A stretch of DNA of 64,000 bases, from positions 85,498,001 through 85,562,000 of the forward strand of contig JAGIQG010000005.1 of NCBI GenBank assembly GCA_024679065.1. Direction: 5' to 3'. Under the pieces are notes generated by a model. It was not told the DNA's origin. It worked only from the letters and a program-made list of their open reading frames with translations, and did not search any database. Position 1 is the stretch's first letter. Each line of letters starts with the position of its first letter. Source of the DNA: Sphyrna mokarran (lineage: Eukaryota). Shown in pieces: positions 52,201-64,000 of the stretch. The position numbers and the translations under genes are program-made.

Positions 52201-53345
52201 CTCCTTTTATTGAAACCTGCTTTAATTTCCAAATACGCCCCCCCAGCATCCGAACTATCCCTTCCATTCGAACATTCCCCTCTTCCCTTTGGCCGTGGTG
52301 CCTTGCCCAACAGTGTCCAGCCAACATCAAATTTGCAACTTAATTTCTTGCCCCACTTCCCAGTCTTGATTTTGTCTAGCATCTCCATTCTTCTACTTGT
52401 GCCCTTCCTCCCACTCCTGCCTAAGTTTCACCATTCTCACACTGGACTGGGACCTGAAATGTAGATTCAATTTTTGAAGATGTAGTACCAAATTCTCTTG
52501 TCTGGCTTCTGTTTGTGCTTAATATCATTCCATTGTGTGCTGCTACTTCATACAATCCAGACTCATCGCACACTTTGGATACTTCTGTGAAAGTATGAAT
52601 GATTCCAAGCTGTTGTCTTACTTGCAATTTATGTAGTTCATTGCCTTGCGTGTTGGTCGTATGCCATCTTCATCCTCCATGTTTTCCTGAAGTTCTCTTC
52701 TATGGCAAGGAAATGGGACATGTGATGGCTTGGTAATACTAACCTAAAGTGTCTTTGGAACATGACTTCTGCTTGTACGTCAAAGACCAAGTGTAAAACC
52801 GTATCCCTTTAAAGTAACATGCTGATGTGGAGAATGAACTATTGTTTGTAAGTGTTAGTCTGTATTTAACCTCTGTAAGTTAAAACTTTAATAATATCGT
52901 GTATTCTTCATCCGGATCAGCTAAGTCCTCACCATCTTCAATCCATTCGCTTCAACGTCCTCTCCCTCCAATTAAGATTCTGCTCCTCCATTTCTCTCTC
53001 AAGTCAACATCTGCAGCACAAGTTCCACAGGAAACAGCAAAACAATGATGTGAGACACTCTCTGAGGTGGGAACTGCAGAGAACTACTTCGTGACCAGTC
53101 CAGATATCAATAATACATCATCAGGAGCCAAGCACTTGACATTGCATCAGCATAAAGGATTCACGAGAATTCCCTGAATACCTCGCACAAATATGCCGGC
53201 AGTGCTTTCCGGGATCAAAAGTAAGCCAGCACTTCCGAAAGTGAAATCCATTTCAATTATTGAACTTGTGAGGAATCTGAGATTGCTGCAAGCCCAACAC
53301 CTCTGTCAGTCTGGCTGGCATCATTCATGTGGAATTGAACATATT

Positions 53346-54001
53346 AGAACATAGAACATTACAGCGCAGAACAGGCCCTTCGGCCTTCGATGTTGCACCG
53401 ACCATTATAAAAAGCAATGACCCTCCAAACTAAACCATTCCCTTCTCTTCCATAAACTTATCAACTAACCTCTTAAACGACACCAAACTTGGCACATCTA
53501 CAACTGCCGCAGGCAGGGCATTCCACTCCCTAACCACCCTCTGGGTAAAGAACCTACCCTGATATCCGTCCTATAACTATCACCCCTTAATTTAAAGCTA
53601 TGTCCCCTCGTGCTAGCTTTCTCCATCCTAGGAAAAAAGGCTATCACTGTCCACCCTATCAAAACCTCTAATCATCTTATATGTTTCAATAAGGTCTCCT
53701 CTTAGCCGCCTTCTTTCTAACAAAAACAACCTCAAATCCCTCAGCCTCTCTTCATAAGACCTGCCCTCCATACCATGCAACATCCTGGTAAACCTCCTCT
53801 GTACCCTCTCCAATGCCTCCACATCTTTCTTATAATGTGGGGACCAGAACTGCACACAATACTCCAAGTGCGGCCGCACTAGAGTTTTGTACAGTTGCAA
53901 CATGACGTTGCGGCTCCGAAATTCAATCCCCCTACCAATAAAAGCTAAGACTCCGTATGCCTTCCTAACAACCTTATCGACTTGACTGCCTACTTTCAGG
54001 G
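53346..54001 (-). mobile_element. Young CR1 3' fragment, same subfamily as 26069-27800
   Basis: Near-identical to 26069-26720; ORF LYKTLVRPHLEYCVQFWSP...LERRRLRGDL; target-site duplication atatt (53341-53345 and 54002-54006). Confidence 0.95.
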
Positions 54002-55489
54002 ATATTGGTGAGTAATAATTGAAATCCATATCTTTCACCTATCTTATGATTTGTATTCTGCCATTTGTGTTATTCCACAAAGATTTCAAGCCCCACACTG
54101 GAACCTCTGATAAAGCCAATGGTATGAGGTGCCCTCCAAATCCTGACAGCATGAATTCTTCAAGGAACAGGAGGTTTATCTGAGTTAGTAAATGCCTGAA
54201 GAAGCAATGGTGCCTGTGGTGTCATCTTTCACTGATTTCCTTATGTGGCTACATCTCCTGTCTCTTTTGGTCACGCCATACTTCATCGATTTAGCAGTTC
54301 TTCAGGAAAATCTCTGACTTTCTAGGGTAGGACTCTGCACAAGCCTGCTGTTCCTCCCGGATCCATGCCAGTGATGAGGCCTTCCGCTCATTCGAAATAT
54401 AGCTGGGAAAAAGGCAGTGTTCTTTGTATCGTGTATTCACACTCCTTCAGTCTGTGAACAAATAGATTGAAAACATCACTGAATCTTCCTCATAATTGCT
54501 GTTCTCTCCAAGCCAGTATCAAGCCAATTGTCTACCAACAGTGTAGACATGGCATTCCAAGGCAATCTTTTGCAGGTGAACTACAATCTGATGATCCATT
54601 GTCGCCTCCAATGAGATTCGGATCTTGAATCTACAACTTAGCTGACTCTACTTCACCATGTCTTGAGCAAATAATTAGTTGGATGTCCTTAAAATCATGC
54701 CAAAACAATGATTCTGAAATCTTCTTACGTGCTTTGAGTCATTCCTATATTATTTTCAACCTGGTTTTTCAAACTGCACCATCATTTAGTAAAGTGCAAA
54801 GATGTTGCTGCTAACCTTTGCAAGTCTAACAGCTTCAAACACACACAAAATTCATCACATCTGTCCAGTACCACTGTCTCCTAGTTTACCTCTTTCCTGT
54901 TACACTCCAAACTTCACCCATTACACTTGGCAGCATCATTGCTCACAGTGACATCTGTTGGGCCCCTTTCTCATTAATGTTAATGTATCATAGTTTGAGT
55001 GAGCTTCACTTTAATGAGGCCAGTTTTAATTTCCAAGATATCTTCCTAAATGAGATCAGACAACACCCTACTTCTTGTCAAGACTACTCAACTGCTGATT
55101 TAACAAATTCAAATGCCTCGCCATTCTGATTATGTGCTCTGTCTAAAACACGATGCTATCCAAGATATATAAGCCATGGACAGTCCACTAAATATGCCCA
55201 TTAAGTCTGGTATAATCGCAGCAGTTTATTAAACAGGCAATCAGCAGCACTACCTCATTTGCAAACAATTTCTTCTTACAACGCCTTGGCCAGACTCCAT
55301 GAGAAACTTTCTCTCTGGTCCTGGTGGCCGTTCCAGACAATGTCCAAACAATTTCACATGTTTACAAATTAAGTCATTGCCCCACTCTCCAGTCCTTACT
55401 CTGTCTACCATTTCCACTCTGCAACTTGTGCTTTTCCTCTTACTCTTGCCTCTCTTTCACCTTTCATATATTGGGCTGGTAAGCTAAAA

Positions 55490-55830
55490 GTAGATTTAGT
55501 TTTTGAAGACGCAGTACCAATTTCCGTTGCCTGGCTTCTGTTCATGGTTAATATCGTTCCATCGGGTGTTGTGACTTCATATGATCTGGATTCATTGTAT
55601 ACTTTGTATACTTCTGTTAAAGAATGAATGATTCCAAGCATTGTCTTACTTGTTGACTATGTATTTTGTTGCCTTGAATGTTGGTTATATGTCATCTTAA
55701 TCCTCCCAGGTTTTCCGGATGTTCTATTCAATGGCAGACAAATGGGTCAGGCAGTGGCTTGATACCACTGTTCTAATGTGACTTCCGAACATGAGTTCTG
55801 CTAATGCGTAAAAAACCAAATGTGAAAGTG
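55490..55830 (-). pseudogene. Representative Gypsy integrase C-terminal fragment of the array unit (present in all 10 units)
   Basis: Unit consensus APAEIMFRSHIRTVLPSHHL...GRMKMVYDQH...EVSKVCxESRSYEVxTPNGxxLxxNRSQxRE, cf. the Mag/K02A2.6-type motif SPAELxxGRxIRTxLP...PRSYxVxTxxGxxLRRNR. Confidence 0.85.
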
Positions 55831-56049
55831 TTTCCAAACAAGCTCAGATATCAATGTGGAGAAGAAACCATTGCTTCTAAGAATTAGATTGTATTTAACC
55901 ACCGCAGGAATTTTGTAGCCATCAGGTTTTCTAGACATGAATGTCATATTGGAGATATGCAATAGGTTCTTCATCCAGCTTAGCTAAGTCCTCACCATCT
56001 TCAGACCCATTTGCTTTAACATTCTCCTTGGCCAATTAACATATTGCTC

Positions 56050-56330
56050 TTCCATTTCTTCCTCAGGTCAACACCTCTCACATTTGCAGCGCAACGTTGT
56101 GCAGAATAAAGGAAAACAATGATGATGTGAGAATCAGTGTTCAGTACTGCAGAGCTCTTCATGAAAGTACAAATATCAGTAATATATCATCAGGAGGCGT
56201 ATACTTGAGACTGCATCACCATGAAGGATTTGTGACAGTTTGCTGAGTACCCCGCACAAATATGCAGGATCTGCTTTCTGGGAACAAAAGTAAGCTGGCA
56301 GTTCAAAAAGTGAAATCCATTATGATTTTT
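56050..56330 (-). pseudogene. Representative Harbinger transposase fragment of the array unit (also about 44805-45030, 48900-49200, 52985-53260, 60220-60490, 62435-62720)
   Basis: NGFHFLNCQL..RKQILHICAGYSANCHKSFMVMQSQV (cf. RKGFHSLNVQL..ILHVCARYPGSCHDSFILRQS), then LQY*PE..HIII.CCTLRNL..EMEE (cf. ALQYSPERVSxIIxxCCALHN); GDKGYP segment deleted. Confidence 0.85.
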
Positions 56331-59319
56331 AGACCTTTGAGGAAGCTGAGATTGCTGCAAGCCCACTACCTCTGACAGACTTGCTTGTGTCATTTCTATG
56401 GAATTGAACATGTTGGTAAGCGTTTTTGAAAACAGTATCTTTCACCTGTGTTATGATCCGTTATTTTGCAAACTCCCAAGTGGAGGCCCAAAAAGACCTA
56501 CTGAAAATCAAGTCCTGTGCTGAATCTTCTTACATTTGGTTCCCTTCAAATCGCCTATACCACCCCCCCCCCAATGTCGCACCAAATTTCATTGATTTAG
56601 CAAATTCTTTGGTTGAATCTGCAACGTTTTTGTGCTCTGCTCAGGCAAATGTTCCTCTTGGATTGATGCCAACTGGTTACAGACCCTTCTTTATATTCAG
56701 AATACAGCTGTGAAAAAGGCAGTGTTCCATACATCCTATATTCATACCCCTCCTTTCTGTCTGTGAACAAATATATTGGAGACATCACCGAATCTTTCAC
56801 GTAACTGCTCTTCTTACCATGGCAATGTTAAGTCACAATGTAGACATGGCATCCTGAGCCAATCCTTTACAGGTGAACTACAATATAGAGGTCCACAGAT
56901 GGGTCTGACAATAAGCATTTGGATCTTGAAACTAGGTGACAGCTGACACTGTTTCTTCATGTTTTGAGCAAATAATTAATCGAATCTCCCTATGATCAGC
57001 CAAAAATGGTGACCCTTAAATGCTCTTACATGCCTTGAGGCTACTCCCATATTATTATTTTCAAACTTGTTTTCAAACTAAACCATCACTACACCATCTT
57101 GCTGCTAATTTTTCCAAGTGTAACCAACAGCTTCAAACACATGACAAATTCATCACATCTGTCCAAAGAGTCATTGTCTCCAAATTCGTATTGCTCGTTA
57201 ATTTCTAGTTTTCATTCATTACCCATGGCATCATCATTGCTTGCACTGACAATTCTATTTGTTGCTTCTGGTTCCCATTAATGTTGATGCACCAGGCTTT
57301 TTGTTGACCTTAGCCTTATTTTATTCAGGTTAGCTTTAATTTCAAAAATACCCATGTGAATTCTCTGCACTCTGATTCACCCAAATAAGATCAAACAATA
57401 CCCTACTTTTCACCAAGACTAATCAATTGCCAATTTAACAAATTCAAATGCTCGCCATTCTAGTGAAGGTATGCTGCCCTCATGTAAGCCATGGGCTGCC
57501 CTCATGTAAGCCAAGGGCAGCCCTCTAAATACCCCATACAATATGGTACACAGTCTACTAAACAAGCAGATAGCAACACTGTTTGCAAATGAGGCAATCT
57601 CATCTTACGATTCCTTTTCCAGACACAATTGTAACTTTACTTACTGGCCCTGATGCCCTCACCAGATCATGTCCAGTCAACATCGCATGTTTGCAACTTA
57701 AGATGTTACTCCACTCCGCAGTCCTGAATCAAGTACATCTCACCCTGTTATCTGTGCCCTTCCAGTTTCAACCTTCTGACTATGTATGGAATGGTAAATG
57801 AAACACAGATTCAGTTTCTAAAGGTGCAGTTCCAAATTCACTTGCCTTGTTCTGTGTGTGCTTAACATCATTCCATTGTGTGTACTACTTCATATGATCT
57901 GGAATCACTGCATGCTTTGGATATTTCTGTTAAACAACTAATGATTCCAAGCTATTGTCTTACTTGCAGACTATGTATTTCATCACCTTCCCTTTTGGTT
58001 GTACACTTTCATCATCCTTCCATATTTTCTCAAAGTTCTCTTCTATGTCAGAGAAATGGGACAGGTGGTGGCTTGGCAACACTGTCCTAATCTGACTTCT
58101 GAACATGATTTCTGCTGGTGTGTCAAAGACCAAGTGTAAAAGTGTGTCTCTTCAAGGTCAAATGTCAATAGAGAATAAACCATTGCTTGTTAAGAGTTAG
58201 TCTGCATTCAACCTCCATAAGAATTCGGTAGCCATCAGATTTTCCTGGCATGTCTGCCATATTAACATTTGTGTTATTCTGCAAAGGTTCCAAGTGGAAG
58301 CGTGGAAAATCTTCTGACAACCCAGTCCTGTGCCGGAACATTTTATGAAGTCACAGACATGTGGTTGCCTCCAAATTCTGGTGGCACAGGCTTTTCAAAG
58401 GACAGGAGTTAACAAATGCCTAGGCAAGCAATGGTGCTTGTGGCATCTTCTTTCACTCATTTCCATATATAGACTGCATCTTCCATACTCCCTTGGTTGT
58501 GCCACACTCCATTGATTTACCAATTCTTTGGGAGAATCTGTGACTTCTGGGGATTCTGTTCAGGTCTACTACTCAGGCAAATTGGATCTGTGATAATTGG
58601 TGACAGACTCTTCTTCTCATTCCAAATACAGCTGGGAAAAAGGCAATGTTCCTTGCATCCTGTATTCACACTCTTCATTGGTCTGTCGAGAAACAGATTA
58701 GAGTCATCATTGAAACTTCCTTATGACTGCTCTTCTCTCCAAGTCAGTGTCAAACAATGGTGTGCCACAATATAGACATGGCATCTCGAAGCACCCTTTG
58801 CAGATGAACTACAATCTGGAGGTCTGTGGTCGGCTCCGAGAATGGGCATTTGGCTCTTGAAACTAGAACTCAGCTGACACTAATTCTCCATGTCTTGAGC
58901 CACTAATTTAATTGGCTAACATTAAGATCATCCAAAAATTGTGACCATGAAATCCACTTACATGCATTGAGACCACTCCCATATCATTAAGTTCAAGCTT
59001 CCTTTTCAAACTGCGTTATCACTCAGTAAAGAGCAAAGGTATTGCTGCTAACTTTTCAAAGTGAAACCAATAGCTTCAAACAACAAATTCATCACATCTG
59101 TCCAAACAGTCACTGCCTCAGAATTCACATCCTTCCCGTTTATTTCCCGTCACCACGTATTAGCTCTGGTACCATCATTGCTCCCATTGATATTTCTATT
59201 TGTTGCCCCTTCCAGAGTGCCATTGATGTTTATGCATCATGTCCTTTGTTGATCTAAGCCTCCTTTTATTAAAACGTGTTTTAATTTCCAAGATACCCCC
59301 TCCCCCCATGCAAACTATC

Positions 59320-59524
59320 CTTGGAGAGAAGAGCAGTCATAAGGAAGTTTCAATGATGACTCTAATCTGTTTCTCGACAGACCAATGAAGAGTGTGAATA
59401 CAGGATGCAAGGAACATTGCCCTTTTCTCAGCTGTATTTGGAATGAGAAGAACAGCCTGTCACCAATTATCACGGATCCAATTCGCCTGAGTAGTAGACC
59501 TGAACAGAGTCCCCAGAAGTCACA
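59320..59524 (+). repeat. 205-bp inverted copy of 58539-58743
   Basis: cttggagagaagagcagtcataagg...ccccagaagtcaca is the reverse complement of tgtgacttctgggg...ctcttctctccaag; absent at the equivalent site of the paralog unit (about 52260). Confidence 0.95.
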
Positions 59525-62500
59525 TTCGAACCTTACCCTCTTTCTTCTGGCCCTTGTGCCCGCCAGACCATGTACAGCTAACATCAAATTTGCAACATAA
59601 TTCCTTGCACCACTCCCCAGTCTTGATTTTGTCTAGCATCTCCATTCTTCTACTTGTGCCCTTCCTCCCACTCCTGCCTATGTTTCACTCTTCTCACACT
59701 GGACTGGGACATGAAATGTAGATTCAATTTTTGAAGACGTAGTACCAAATTGTCTTGTCTGACTTCTGTTTGTGCTTAATGTCATTCCATTGTGTGTTGC
59801 TACTTCATACGATCCGGTCTCATTGCACACTTTGGATACTTCTGTGAAAGTACGAATGATTTCAAGCTGTTGTCTTACTTGCAATTTATGTAGTTCATTG
59901 CCTTGCATGCTTCATCCTCCATGTTTTCTTCAAGCATCCTTCTATGGCAGAGAAATGGGACAGGTGATGGCTTGACAATACTGACCTAATGTGGCTTTGG
60001 AACATAACTTCTGCTTGTGCATCAAAGACCAAGTGTAAAAGTGTATCCTTTTAAGGTAACATGCTGATGTGGAGAATGAACCATTGTTTGTAACAGTATT
60101 TAACCTCTGCAGGTTAAAACTTTGATAACATCATGTATTTTTCATCTGGATCAGCTAAGTCCTCACCATCTTCAAATCCATTTGCTTCAATGTTCTCTTC
60201 GTCAAATTAACATTCTACTCCTCCATTTCTCTCTCAAGTCAACATCTACAGCACAAGGTTGCACACAGGGAACAATAAAACAATGACGATGTGAGATACT
60301 CTGAGGTGAGAACTACTTCGTCACCAGTCCAAATATCAATATTACATCATCAGGAGCCAAGCACTTGACATTGCATAAGCATAAAAGATGCGTGAGAATT
60401 CCCTGAGTACCTCGCACAAATATGCGAGTCGTGCTTTCCGGGATCAAAAGTAAGCCAGCACTTCCGAAAGTGAAATCCATTTCAATTATTGAACTTGTCG
60501 GGAATCTGAGATTGCTGCAAGCCCAACACCTCTGTCAGTCTGGCTTGCATCATTTATGTGGAATTGAACATATTGGTGAGTAATTATTGAAGTCCACATC
60601 TTTCACCTGTCTTACAATTTGTATTCTGCCATTTGTGTTATTCCACAAAGATTTCAAGCTCCGTGCCGGAACCTCTGATAAGGCCAATGGCATGAGGTGC
60701 CCTCAAATCCTGGCGGCATGAACTCTGATTTGCTAAGACTCTGCACAGGGCTGCTGCTCCTCCCGGATCCATGCCAGTGACAGGGCCATCTGCTCATTCG
60801 AAATATAGCTGGGAAAAAGGCAGTGTTCTTTGTATCCTGTATTCACACTCCTTCAGTCTGTGAACAAATAGATTGAAAACATCACTGAATCTTCCTCATA
60901 ACTGCTGTTCTCTCCAAGCCAGTAGAAAGCCAATAGTCTGCCCACAGTGTAGATATGGCATTCCGAGGAATCCTTTGCAGGTGAACTACAATCTGATGAT
61001 ACACTGTCGGCTCCAACAATGAGATTCGGACACTGAAACTAGAACTTAGCTAACAGTACTTCACCATGTCTTGAGCAAATAATTAATTGGATGTCCTTAA
61101 AATCATGCCAAAATGATGATTCTGAAATCCTCTTATGTACCTTGAGCCACTCCCATATCATTATTTTCAAACTGGTTTTTCAAACTGCACCATCACTTAG
61201 TAAAGTGCAAAGATGTCACTGCGAACCTTTGCAAGTCTAACAGTTTCAAACACACACAAAATTCATCACATCTGCCCAGTCCCACTGTCTCCTAGTTTAC
61301 GGACTTCCTGTTATGCTCCAATCTCCATCCATTCTACTTGGCAGCATCATTGCTCACACCGACATTTCCATTTGTGGGACCTCTGATCCCATGCATGTAA
61401 ATGTATCAAGCCTCACTCTACTGAGGCCAGTTTTAATTTCCAAGATATCTCCCTAAATGGGATCAGACAACACCCTACTTCTTGTCAAAACTACTCAACT
61501 GCTGATTTAACAAATTCAAATGCCTCGCCATTCCGATTAAGGTACTCTGTCCAAGGTATATAAGCCATGGACAGTCCACTAAATACACTCATGAAGTCTG
61601 GTATAATCGCAGCACAGTTTATTAAACAGGCAATCAGCAGCATTACCTCATTTGCAAACAATTTCTTCTCACAATGCCTTGACCAGACTCCACGGAGAAA
61701 CTTTCCCTCTGGTCCTGGTGGCCCTGCCAGACCATGTCCAGCCAATTTCACATGTTTACAAATTAAGTCATTGCCCCACTCTCCAGTCCTTACTCTGTCC
61801 ACTATTACCACCCTGCAACTTGTGCTTTTCCTTTTACACCTGCCTGGGTTTCACCCTTACTATATTGGGCTAGTAAGCTAAAAGTAGATTTAGTTTTTGA
61901 AGATGCAGTATCTATATCCCTCGGCTGGCATGGTTAGCATTGGTCCATTGAGTGTTGCGACTTCATATGATCTGGATTCATCGCATATTTTGCATACTTC
62001 TGTTAAAGAATGAATGATTCCAAGCATTGTCTTACTTGTTGATGATGCATTTTGTTGCCTTGAATGTTGGTTGTATGTCATCTTAATCCTCCCATGTTTT
62101 CCAGAAGTTCTCTTCAATGTCAGACAAATGGGTCAGGTGGTGGCTTGATACCACCATTCTAATGAGGCTTCTGAACACGAGTTCTGCTAACGCGCCAAAG
62201 ACCAATTGTAAAAGTGTTTCCAAACAAGCTCAAAAATCAAAGTGGAAAAGAAACCATTGCTTCTAAGAACGAGCCTGTATTTAACCACCGCAGGAATTTT
62301 GTAGCCATCAGGTTTCCCAGCCATGAATGTCATATTGGAGACATGCAATACGTTTTTCATCCAGCTTAGCTAAGTCCTCACAATCTTCAGACTCATTTGC
62401 TTTAACAGTCTCCTCGGCCAAATAACATCTCGCTCTTCCATTTCTCCCTCAGGTCAACACCTCTCACATTTGCAGCACAAGGTTGCGCAGGATAAAGGAA

Positions 62501-64000
62501 AACAATGATGGTGAGAATCTCTGTGTTCAGTACTGCAGAGCTCTTCATGAGAATACAAATATCAAGAAAACATCATCAGGAGGCATGTTCTTGAGACTGC
62601 ATCACCATTAAGGATCTGTGACAGCTCGCTGAGTACCCAGCACAAACATGCAGGATCTGCTTTCTGAGATTAAAAGTAAGCTCGCAGTTCAAAAGTGAAA
62701 TAAATCCATTATGATATTTGAACCTGTGAGGAAGCTGAGATGCAAGCCCACCACCTCTGACAGACTTGCTTGTGTCATTTCTGTGGAACTGAACACGTTG
62801 GTAAGCGTTTTTGAAAACAGTATCTTTCTCCTGTCCTGTGATCTGTGTTATTTCATAATGGTCCCAAGTGGAGATCTGAAAAGACATGCTGACAATCAAG
62901 TCCTGTGCTAGAACCTCTTACAAAGCCACTGGCATTTAGTTCCTTCAAATCATCCACATGCCCCTAGGTTGCACCACATTTCATTGATTTAGCAATTTTT
63001 TGGTTGAATCTGCAACTTTCTTGTGCTCTGCTCAGGCAAATGTTCCTCTTGGATTGATGCCAACTGGTGACAGACCTTTCCTTATATTCAGAATACAGCT
63101 GGGAAAAAGGCGGAGTTCCATATATCCTATATTCACATACCTCTTCTGTCCATGAACAATTAGATTGGAGACTTTGCTGGAACATTATGACTATTCTTCC
63201 CTCCAAGACAGTGTCAAGCCAACAGTCTGCCAACAGTCTTGACGTGGCATCCCAAGGCAATCCTTTGCAGGTGAACTACAATCTGAAGGTCTGTGGCCGG
63301 CTCTGAGAATGAGCATTTGGCCCTTGAAACTAGAACTCAACTGACACTGGTTCTCCAAGTCGTGAGCAAAGAATTTATTGGACCTCCCTAAGTTCATCCC
63401 AAAATGGTAATTCTGAAATCCTTTTATAATGTGTTGAGACCACTCCCATATCATTATTTTCAAGCTTGATTTTCAAGTTGTATTATCACTCACTGAAGGG
63501 CAAAAAGATGTTGCTGCTAACCTTCCCAAGTGTAACAGCTTCAAATACACACCAAATTCATCACACCTGGCCACATAGTAACTGCCACTTCATTCACATC
63601 CTGTTAATTTCCAGCATCCATCCATTACCCTTGGCACCATCATTGCTCACACTGACATTTCCATTTGTTGCACCCTTGTTTCCATTAACATTGATGCACC
63701 ATGCCTTTTGTTGATCTGAGTCTTTCATTGAAGGTAAATTTAATTTCTAAGATACCCTCCAAATTTACTGCACTCTAACCCACACAATGAGATCAGCCAA
63801 TATCGTATTCCTGGCCAAGACTATTCAACTGCCGATTTAACAACTTCAAATGTCCTGCCATTCTGGTTAAGGTGCCCTGTCCAAACAACACACCAGTGCC
63901 CAAGACATGCCAATGATGGTCAGCCCACAAAATACTTCCATAGAGTGTGACATAATCGCTGCACAATTTATTAAGCAGGCAATCAGCAGCACTGCCTCAT

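Larger units (their letters stand above)
42980..64000 (-). repeat. Tandem array (macrosatellite) of at least 10 diverged chimeric transposon-fragment units of about 1.7-2.3 kb; runs off the window end
   Basis: Marker g(g/a)tga(a/g)(c/t)tacaat recurs at about 43749, 45472, 47578, 49855, 51750, 54573, 56870, 58800, 60978, 63268; integrase-end marker at about 43000, 44265, 46550, 48337, 50775, 52440, 55470, 57785, 59697, 61865. Confidence 0.95.

Noticed and set aside
42980-64000. Array as a tandem host gene family or active retroelement cluster
   Set aside because: Recurrent ORFs are short, broken at different places in each unit, and match decayed transposon fragments; no LTRs, consistent splice structure or conserved full frame.
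42980-64000. CRISPR-like repeat-spacer array
   Set aside because: Eukaryotic context; units are kilobase-long and homologous along their length, with no short constant repeat separating unique spacers and no cas-like ORFs.

Overview
Repeat-saturated vertebrate genomic DNA with no host protein-coding gene I can support. The repeat set (HE1/V-SINE-type SINEs, CR1, Rex-Babar, RTE and L1 LINEs, Penelope-like pieces, Gypsy LTR elements, PIF/Harbinger remnants and MITEs) points to a shark or other elasmobranch (inference). Bases 1-24 kb are a mixed-orientation field of nested, decayed transposons. From about 24 kb onward nearly all recognisable transposon fragments lie on the minus strand, many compressed by deletions. 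From about 43 kb to the window end there is a tandem array of at least 10 diverged units of about 1.7-2.3 kb. Each unit is a chimera of a Gypsy integrase C-terminal fragment, a Harbinger (HARBI1-like) transposase fragment (lost in 4 units) and roughly 1.2 kb of unidentified sequence. The array shows higher-order periodicity, a recombinant unit, a younger CR1 insertion and a 205-bp inverted copy that could form an RNA hairpin. My leading hypothesis, which is untested, is a tandemly amplified, uni-strand antisense transposon-fragment library such as a piRNA cluster. All coordinates and family calls come from reading and hand translation; no database search was run.
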